From the NCBI GenBank assembly GCA_032250835.1, contig JAVVEA010000003.1, forward strand, positions 57,458 through 121,457: a DNA stretch of 64,000 nucleotides, given 5' to 3'. The translations under genes and the position numbers were made by a program. Below the pieces are notes generated by a model, which made no database searches, was not told the origin of the DNA, and was given only the letters and a program-made list of their open reading frames with translations. Of the stretch, positions 57,668 to 64,000 are shown piece after piece; position 1 is the first letter of the stretch, and the number at the start of each line of letters is the position of its first letter. The stretch is from a bacterium. GTDB taxonomy: Bacteria; SAR324; XYD2-FULL-50-16.

Positions 57668-59023
57668 ATGAAATCAAAAGCCATTTTGTTGATGGGATTG
57701 TTGGCCTTTGGCCTAATCGGCTGCGGCGGTCCCGAAGCGCCCAAACTCTCGGGCTTCATGACCCTTAGCGACCTGACCGGGCGTACGAGTCTCAAAGAAG
57801 ACAGCCCTGACGTGCGGGTGATCACCGTTAAGTCCAAGGCCTTTATCAAGCAAAACGACCTACGGCTTGCGCGTACCCAGGCGATGGAAGAAGCCGGCAA
57901 ACAGGCGGTAGACGCCATGGTCCGCGAACTACTGACCGCCGAACTGTACAACGATCATTACAGCCAGATCGAAAATTACATGTCCAAGAATATCGACAAG
58001 TACATCCTAGACCGTGAAGTGATCGATGAGCGCAAGATCTATATGGAAAAGTTCTATGGTGTTTATGGCAGCTTCAAGGTCAGCCGTCAGGCCGTCTTGG
58101 TGGCGTTGCAAAAGGACCTACGGGTTATCGACACCAGCCTTTCCACCCTGGTTACGGTGGTGACCAGCAACAAAGACTTGGACTTGGGCAGCTTCAATTT
58201 CCGCTTCAATGACGTCGAAAATGCCATGCTCAACCAACTCCAAACCTCGCTGAACCAGCGCGGCTTGCGGGCCATGGACTACCGCAATGCGGTGACCGCT
58301 TTCTCGGCCGATGCCAAACGCAACGCTGAGTTTAAGCAGATGAGCAAAGAGCAGTTTATGGCCATGGTCCAAGGCAGCCGTCCTGAAGACGCCGCCCTCA
58401 ATGCCCAGGTGGCCAATGCCGAAGAATATTACGCAACGGGCTTAAGCCTGCTCAAGCAATTGGCACGCGTGGTGGTGGAAGTGAACGTGATGAGCATCAC
58501 CAAGACTGGTGACAACATGGCCATGAACGTCTTGGTCACCGCCAAGAACATCTCTAGCCCCACCGGCGGTGCCTTTGCCAACAGCCAACTGCAAGTAGCC
58601 CGGCGCGGTAGCGACAAGACCGACAACGCCGCCATGTTGGGTGCTTTGATCAAAGATGCCTATGAGCAGATGGCCGAAGAGTTCATCCCCCAGGTGATCA
58701 AAGAAATGTCCACTATCGATGCCACCGGCGGCAAGCTGCTGGCCTATGACTTGGTCTTACAGGGCTTCGACTCGCGTGATGCGCGCATCCTGCGCGGGGC
58801 GATCAAGCGCCTCGATGGGCCGACCTTTAAGTACATCGACTACAACAACCAGTTGAGCCAAGTGGACCCCCCGATGACCATCCTTTACGTGCGCCATCAG
58901 GGCAAACCCAGCGCCTTGGCCGATTCGGTTATGGAAATCTTGGACGGCGAGAAGATGCGGTTCCAAGAGCCGATCGTGACCCCCAATGTGCGCGATTTGG
59001 TCTTTATCAAACAGGCCGAATAA
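57668..59023 (+). CDS. Lipoprotein, FlgT/LPP20-like N-terminal region, function unknown
   Basis: Lipobox LIGC; ARTQAMEEAGKQAV motif. Confidence 0.75.
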   Translation: MKSKAILLMGLLAFGLIGCGGPEAPKLSGFMTLSDLTGRTSLKEDSPDVRVITVKSKAFIKQNDLRLARTQAMEEAGKQAVDAMVRELLTAELYNDHYSQIENYMSKNIDKYILDREVIDERKIYMEKFYGVYGSFKVSRQAVLVALQKDLRVIDTSLSTLVTVVTSNKDLDLGSFNFRFNDVENAMLNQLQTSLNQRGLRAMDYRNAVTAFSADAKRNAEFKQMSKEQFMAMVQGSRPEDAALNAQVANAEEYYATGLSLLKQLARVVVEVNVMSITKTGDNMAMNVLVTAKNISSPTGGAFANSQLQVARRGSDKTDNAAMLGALIKDAYEQMAEEFIPQVIKEMSTIDATGGKLLAYDLVLQGFDSRDARILRGAIKRLDGPTFKYIDYNNQLSQVDPPMTILYVRHQGKPSALADSVMEILDGEKMRFQEPIVTPNVRDLVFIKQAE

Positions 59024-59039
59024 CCTAGAGGTTTTTTGT

Positions 59040-59918
59040 ATGGACTCACTAAAGAAAACTCAAGCCAGCGGCCTCCTTTGGGGGCTTATGGCGCTCATGA
59101 TGTTTGCCTTGGCTGGTTGTTCCGGCTTAGGCGATGCCAAGTCGGCACTTTCGGCGGGTGATAAGGACAAGGCCTTCGAAATTGCCCAGGGCTTTTTAAA
59201 AGACGGCAACCCCGAAGTGCGGATTGAAGCGGCCCAGGTGGTCGGCATGACTGGTGGCGAACGGGCCGCCAAGGCACTGTATCCGTTGCTTGACGATGAG
59301 GAACCTACGGTCGGGGCGGCCGCTGGTGCCGCCATCGGCGACACGGGCTTCATTCCGGCCGGTCTGGTCTTAACCCAAAAAACACCCAAGGCACGCGGCG
59401 AAACCTTTGAGGGGATCGCCACCGGCTTCGGCAAGTTGGGTAGCGAGGCCATGCGCCCGCTGGTGGTCGCTTTCGATGCCACCAAGGTGGAAGGCGACTG
59501 GAAGGCGTACCGGGCGATGATGTTGCAGATTGGCCCTTCGGTGGCCACGGCGATTACCGAGTCTTTTAAGCGCAGCACCGCCCAGGAAAACCAAGAGAAA
59601 TTTAAGATCTTGGTGGAACTGCGCAGCCCCAAAGTAGCCCGCTTCCTGATCGATCAGATTGGTGATGAAGAAGTGGCGGTGATGATCGTCAAAGGCTTGG
59701 TCGAGTTGGGCAGCATCGCGGTAGACCCGGCGGTAGACAAGCTCAAGGAATACCAAGGCGACGAGACCAAAATCGTGCAAAAGGCGCTGCTTTGCGACGC
59801 CCTGGGAGATATTAAGTCTAAGAAGGCCATCCCTATCTTAGAACAAATGGCCAAAGAGCCCAGCGACCGCGTCCGCGCCGCCGCCGACCACGCCCTCACC
59901 AAGGTGCGCGGTTTTTAG
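59040..59918 (+). CDS. HEAT-repeat lipoprotein
   Basis: Lipobox LAGC; EVRIEAA and RVRAAADHAL HEAT repeats. Confidence 0.8.
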   Translation: MDSLKKTQASGLLWGLMALMMFALAGCSGLGDAKSALSAGDKDKAFEIAQGFLKDGNPEVRIEAAQVVGMTGGERAAKALYPLLDDEEPTVGAAAGAAIGDTGFIPAGLVLTQKTPKARGETFEGIATGFGKLGSEAMRPLVVAFDATKVEGDWKAYRAMMLQIGPSVATAITESFKRSTAQENQEKFKILVELRSPKVARFLIDQIGDEEVAVMIVKGLVELGSIAVDPAVDKLKEYQGDETKIVQKALLCDALGDIKSKKAIPILEQMAKEPSDRVRAAADHALTKVRGF

Positions 59919-59927
59919 TCTTTTTCT

Positions 59928-59950
59928 AGACGGCCCTAATTGGGCCGTCT
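59928..59950. terminator. Hairpin between convergent genes, probable terminator
   Basis: AGACGGCCC-TAATT-GGGCCGTCT; weak U-tract. Confidence 0.55.
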
Positions 59951-60052
59951 GTTCCCCACTACCTTCGCGGCTTAAAAAAAGCTGCTCTTTCCCTCTTGCC
60001 TTCAGAGCGCAGCGGCCCGAACTCAGGAAAGTCCTGTTTGAGGGATGTTCCT

Positions 60053-60427
60053 TTATTTAGCCAAAAAATAGCGAACCCCAGACAACTTGGCGAAGTGATC
60101 ATCTTGGGTCCAAATCACTGCACCTTCAAGTTGTCCTGTCGCATAGATAATGCTGTCCGCCATGGGTAGTTTTAAATCGCTACTGAGCTTGGCCGCAAAG
60201 ATGGAGATGACCTCGGTCAAATCCATTACCCTCCCCTGCCTCATGGCCGCAACCGCCTGCAAAGCAGCGTCTTCCCCGCGTTGGCGTAGCACCACTTTGA
60301 ACACTTCAAACAGGGTGATTGAAGGCACCAGCAAATCTTCGGGTTTCAGTAGGGGTTCTACAAAGCACTCGGCATTAGGGCCTTCTGCAAAGAACTCCAA
60401 CCAGCCGCAGGAATCCACCAGATTCAC
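60053..60427 (-). CDS. vapC: PIN domain toxin
   Basis: VDSCGWLE, E, ADS and TQDDHF acidic PIN residues. Confidence 0.9.
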   Translation of the reverse strand: MNLVDSCGWLEFFAEGPNAECFVEPLLKPEDLLVPSITLFEVFKVVLRQRGEDAALQAVAAMRQGRVMDLTEVISIFAAKLSSDLKLPMADSIIYATGQLEGAVIWTQDDHFAKLSGVRYFLAK

Positions 60428-60630
60428 AGCCGGTCCTCTTCACGGTCTAAGGTCCTATCCATCCCTTTAAGAAAGCCTCGCATGGACCCAATCGGCTTCT
60501 CAGGGATCAACTCCAGACGATTTCCGTAAGGAATCACCTGCAACTTCTGACCGACCTTGAGGTGCATAGCCTCACGAACGGACTTGGGGATCACAACTTG
60601 AAACTTTGGTGAAACCGTAACATGGTCCAT
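60424..60630 (-). CDS. AbrB/MazE-type antitoxin
   Basis: VSPKFQVVIPK.VR motif; overlaps vapC by 4 nt. Confidence 0.9.
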   Translation of the reverse strand: MDHVTVSPKFQVVIPKSVREAMHLKVGQKLQVIPYGNRLELIPEKPIGSMRGFLKGMDRTLDREEDRL

Positions 60631-60793
60631 AAGCGCTCCTGATCGATAGGCATTTTATCTTACGATAGAGTATTCGATAGGGTAGCGTCAAATATCGTTC
60701 GTTTTTTCTTGGGCGGTGTGGTTAACCGCTCCAGCCCATTGGTGACGTCAAAAAATATTTTGATGGGGCCGAGGAGCAGAGTCTGTCCCAGGC

Positions 60794-61846
60794 CTAAACC
60801 CGCTTCCCGCTGGCAGTGTCGAAGAAGAGTAGGTCGGTTTCGGCGGCATAGACGGTTAATGCTTGGCCCACCGTTAGGTTCTGTTCCTCTAAGACCATCC
60901 ACAGCCGTTCACCGGGGGCTAGCTCCAATTCAGCGTGGACTTCTCGGCCCAAGTGCTCGAAGAAGGTCACTTGGCCCTGCAACTCGATGTGGGGCTTAGC
61001 CGGTGCCTTGAGCGATAGTTTTTCGGGGCGGATGCCTAGGGTCAACAGGCCGCTGCGTTCTGGGCTCAGAGTAAAGCTGCCCCAATCACCGCTAAAGCTT
61101 GTTCCTTCGGCCTTTCCGCGCAACACGCCCAGCGGCGGGTGCCCCAAAAATTGGGCTACAAAGAGGCAGTTGGGGTTTTGGTAAAGCTCCAAGGGCGGGC
61201 CGACTTGTAAAACGTCCCCGGCGTTCATCACCGCCAACCGGTCGGCCAGGGTCATGGCTTCGGCTTGATCGTGGGTGACGTAAAGACTGGTGCGGCCCAA
61301 GCGGCGGTGCAGCTTGCCGATCTCCTGGCGCATCTGTTCGCGTAGCCTGGCGTCTAGGTTGGATAAGGGCTCATCAAACAAAAAGACCAGCGGCTCGCGT
61401 ACCAGAGCGCGGCCAATGGCCACCCGTTGGCGCTGTCCGCCTGAAAGTTGACCGGGTTTACGGCCCAGCAACGGCTCGATCTCTAACATCCGCGCCACCT
61501 CTTCGATCTTGGCGTTGCGCTGGGCTTTGCCGAGCTTAAGGATCTTTAAGGGATACTCTAGGTTGCCCCGGACCGTCATGTGCGGATAGAGGGCGTAGTT
61601 CTGGAAGACCATGGCGACGCCCCGGTTCTTGGGCTCGAGGTGGGTCACGTCTTTCCCGCCGATCTCTATCTGTCCGGAACTGACTTCCTCTAGCCCGGCG
61701 ATCAACCGCAAGAGCGTGGTCTTGCCGCAGCCCGAAGGCCCCACGAAAACCATGAATTCCCCCGAATGGATCGAGAGGTCCGCGCCGTGCAAAATTGGGG
61801 TGTCGCCAAATCGCTTAGCGACTGCCTTGATCTCAATGGTGCTCAT
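60794..61846 (-). CDS. Carbohydrate ABC transporter ATPase (MalK/UgpC family)
   Basis: GPSGCGKT, LSGGQ, DEPLSNLD and a C-terminal TOBE domain. Confidence 0.93.
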   Translation of the reverse strand: MSTIEIKAVAKRFGDTPILHGADLSIHSGEFMVFVGPSGCGKTTLLRLIAGLEEVSSGQIEIGGKDVTHLEPKNRGVAMVFQNYALYPHMTVRGNLEYPLKILKLGKAQRNAKIEEVARMLEIEPLLGRKPGQLSGGQRQRVAIGRALVREPLVFLFDEPLSNLDARLREQMRQEIGKLHRRLGRTSLYVTHDQAEAMTLADRLAVMNAGDVLQVGPPLELYQNPNCLFVAQFLGHPPLGVLRGKAEGTSFSGDWGSFTLSPERSGLLTLGIRPEKLSLKAPAKPHIELQGQVTFFEHLGREVHAELELAPGERLWMVLEEQNLTVGQALTVYAAETDLLFFDTASGKRV

Positions 61847-62412
61847 GCCTCGCCCCAGCGTTTAAAGAGTTGGTGCTCTAGGCCTAAGAGGTCTAAAATC
61901 TTGCCTAGGCTTTGGTCGATTAGATCGTTGATACTTTGGGGTTGGTGGTAAAAGGCGGGCATGGTTGGGCAGATGATGGCCCCCGCTTCGGTGGCGGTGG
62001 TGAGGTTGCGCAAATGGATTAGGCTCAAGGGGGTTTCTCTGGGGCAAAGGATCAGTTTGCGGCGCTCTTTAAGGGCCACGTCAGCGGCACGGGTCAGTAA
62101 GTTGTCGCTTTGGCCCCCGGCGATCTTGGCTAAACTAGACATAGAGCAAGGCAACACCAACATGCCTAAGTTCAAGAAGCTACCCGAGGCGGGTGCAGCG
62201 GTCAGGTCCCGGTTGTCATAGACCCGGTGGGCCAGGGCCTCAAAGTCTTTGGGGTCCCGGTCCATTTCCAGGCGGATATTGGTCTGGGCAGCTTCGGTTA
62301 AAATTAGATGCACCTCTAGGTCCAAGGACTGGAGCTGTTCTAACATCCGCCAAGCGTAGACCACGCCCGAAGCGCCGCTTACCCCCAAAATCAACCGATT
62401 GGTCTGGCTCAT
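61843..62412 (-). CDS. ubiX: Flavin prenyltransferase
   Basis: SGASG, ASGS, PCSM, RAADVALKE, RETP and PAFY motifs. Confidence 0.95.
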   Translation of the reverse strand: MSQTNRLILGVSGASGVVYAWRMLEQLQSLDLEVHLILTEAAQTNIRLEMDRDPKDFEALAHRVYDNRDLTAAPASGSFLNLGMLVLPCSMSSLAKIAGGQSDNLLTRAADVALKERRKLILCPRETPLSLIHLRNLTTATEAGAIICPTMPAFYHQPQSINDLIDQSLGKILDLLGLEHQLFKRWGEA

Positions 62413-62489
62413 CTGTTACCTTTGGGGGCCAAGGCCCCGATTCCGGCCCGCCCAGAGGGCATCACCCTTTAGCGTTTTGGCAGGAAATT

Positions 62490-62585
62490 TTACATTAATC
62501 TTACATCCCATTGGAACCCGTTAAACTAGACTACAACAAGCAATTCGCCAAAACAGGCGGTTAAAGATTTTACAACTAGTTGACA
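62490..62585 (+). promoter_or_regulatory. Putative Pho boxes upstream of pstS
   Basis: TTACAT at 62490 and 62501; TTTACA at 62569 and TTGACA at 62580; both pairs have an 11-bp period. Confidence 0.6.
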
Positions 62586-62675
62586 AAAACCGAACCCCAA
62601 GGGGTGGCGGTCAACCTATGGTGTTTTCATCCTAGCGTTACGCATCGATACCGCAAACCCCTTTTGTGAGGAAAC

Positions 62676-63653
62676 ATGAAATCAGCTACCGTTAAGGCAG
62701 CTTTGCTTGGTCTGGGTATGGTCCTTTTGGCCCAAAGCCCGGTGATGGCAAAAATGAAAGTAGAAGATGGCATTTCGACCTATGAGAAAACCTCTGGTGT
62801 CGGTGGCAACCTGAACTCGATTGGTTCAGACACGTTAAACAACCTGATGACCTTCTGGGCCGAGTCCTTCCGCAAGAAGTACCCGAACGTGAACATCCAG
62901 ATTGAAGGCAAGGGCAGCTCTACGGCTCCCCCGGCTTTGATCTCCGGTACTTCTCAGTTGGGGCCCATGAGCCGCAAGATGAAGTCCAAGGAAGAAGAAG
63001 AATTTGAAAAGAAGTTTGGTTATAAGCCCACCCGCGTCGGCGTGGCTTTGGATTCGTTGGCGGTCTACGTCAACAAAGACAACCCGATTAACAGCTTGAG
63101 CCTACAGGAAGTGGACGCCATGTTCTCCAGCACCCGCAAGGGCGGCTTTGCTCATGAAGTCAACACCTGGGGTCAGTTGGGCTTAGACGGCAGTTGGGCC
63201 AAGCGCCCGGTGAGCCTTTATGGCCGGAACTCAGCCTCGGGCACCTATGGCTACTTCAAGAAGCACGCGCTTTTCAAAGGCGACTACAAAGCGACCGTTA
63301 AAGAACAGCCTGGTTCGGCTTCGGTGGTTTTGGGCGTAACTGAAGACTTGGGTGGCGTTGGTTACTCCGGTGTTGGCTACAAGACCTCTGGGGTAAAAGC
63401 CATTGCCTTGTCTAAAGAAAAGGGCGGCACCGCTTATGAGCCTAATTATGAGAACGTTTTGGGCGGGAAGTACCCCTTGGGGCGCATGTTGTACGTCTAT
63501 GTTGCCAAAGAACCCAACAAGCCCATGGACAAGACGGTACGCGAATTCTTGAAGTTCGTTTTGTCTAAAGAAGGCCAGGAAATCGTGATCAAAGACGGCT
63601 ATTTGCCTTTGACCACCAAGTTAGTAGAAGACCAGTTAAGTCAACTGGACTAA
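62676..63653 (+). CDS. pstS: Phosphate ABC transporter substrate-binding protein
   Basis: GSDT, GKGSST, MSR, GRNSASGT and YPLGR motifs. Confidence 0.95.
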   Translation: MKSATVKAALLGLGMVLLAQSPVMAKMKVEDGISTYEKTSGVGGNLNSIGSDTLNNLMTFWAESFRKKYPNVNIQIEGKGSSTAPPALISGTSQLGPMSRKMKSKEEEEFEKKFGYKPTRVGVALDSLAVYVNKDNPINSLSLQEVDAMFSSTRKGGFAHEVNTWGQLGLDGSWAKRPVSLYGRNSASGTYGYFKKHALFKGDYKATVKEQPGSASVVLGVTEDLGGVGYSGVGYKTSGVKAIALSKEKGGTAYEPNYENVLGGKYPLGRMLYVYVAKEPNKPMDKTVREFLKFVLSKEGQEIVIKDGYLPLTTKLVEDQLSQLD

Positions 63654-63684
63654 CTCAACTGCTACATTAAAACGGGGATAGATT

Positions 63685-64000
63685 ATGGATTTGGCGGTAC
63701 TCCGTCGCAATCGGCGAATCGACTTCATGGCCAAGCAGGGCATCACCTTCGGGGGGGCTCTGATCTTAGTCTGCGTGGTCGGCATGTTGGCCATGTTGTT
63801 GATGGAGACGCTGCCGCTCTTCTTCACGCCAGAGAAGAAGATTTTGACCCAATTTGATCTGCCCCGTAAAGCATCGGACCCCCAGGCATTGGCCTTGGGG
63901 GTTGATGAGTATTTAGAGACCGGATACTGGATCGACCGTGATGGGCGCATGACGTTTTTAGACCTGGTGCGCGGCATCAAGACCGATTACGTAGATTTCT
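63685..64000 (+). CDS. pstC: Phosphate ABC permease N-terminus (partial, runs off the window)
   Basis: ATG at 63685 gives MDLAVLRRNRRIDFMAKQGITFGGALILVCVVGML..ETLPLF; follows pstS; absent from the ORF track. Confidence 0.7.
   Translation, partial: MDLAVLRRNRRIDFMAKQGITFGGALILVCVVGMLAMLLMETLPLFFTPEKKILTQFDLPRKASDPQALALGVDEYLETGYWIDRDGRMTFLDLVRGIKTDYVDF

Noticed and set aside
1105-63980. Numerous antisense and alternate-frame ORFs in the track
   Set aside because: They are shadows of well-supported genes, as expected in GC-rich DNA.

Overview
Bacterial chromosomal window, fairly GC-rich, with no rRNA, tRNA, CRISPR array, integrase or transposase that I can support. Gene content suggests a deltaproteobacteria-like or SAR324/Lambdaproteobacteria-like lineage (inference only). 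From left to right it holds: a cluster of structured non-coding repeats (1-830); ispA-prmC-pdxA; a receptor-less chemosensory operon (STAS, cheA, cheW, cheB, cheR, cheY) ending in a REC/HPt-like/PP2C/RsbW-kinase hybrid; housekeeping genes (plant-like dapA, PIN-PhoH, rsmB, rpe, ispF, dapE, 7TM-HD, ybeY, ppiD, pheA, lgt, metA, holB, tmk, murA, proC, serC, prfC); a radical SAM gene bracketed by about 200-bp inverted repeats; a selenocysteine-encoding selD with a SECIS hairpin, which the ORF track truncates; an AT-rich ATPase plus DUF4276-like pair; an accessory region (yefM-yoeB, parA, gene remnants, an ars operon, hemerythrin-kinase-hemerythrin, an outer-membrane protein followed by an orphan C-terminus); vapBC, ubiX and the start of a pst operon. 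The best candidates for undescribed biology are the Che-to-partner-switch module, the GNA-triloop repeat family and the inverted-repeat-bounded radical SAM cassette. All family assignments come from motif recognition by eye, not database searches.
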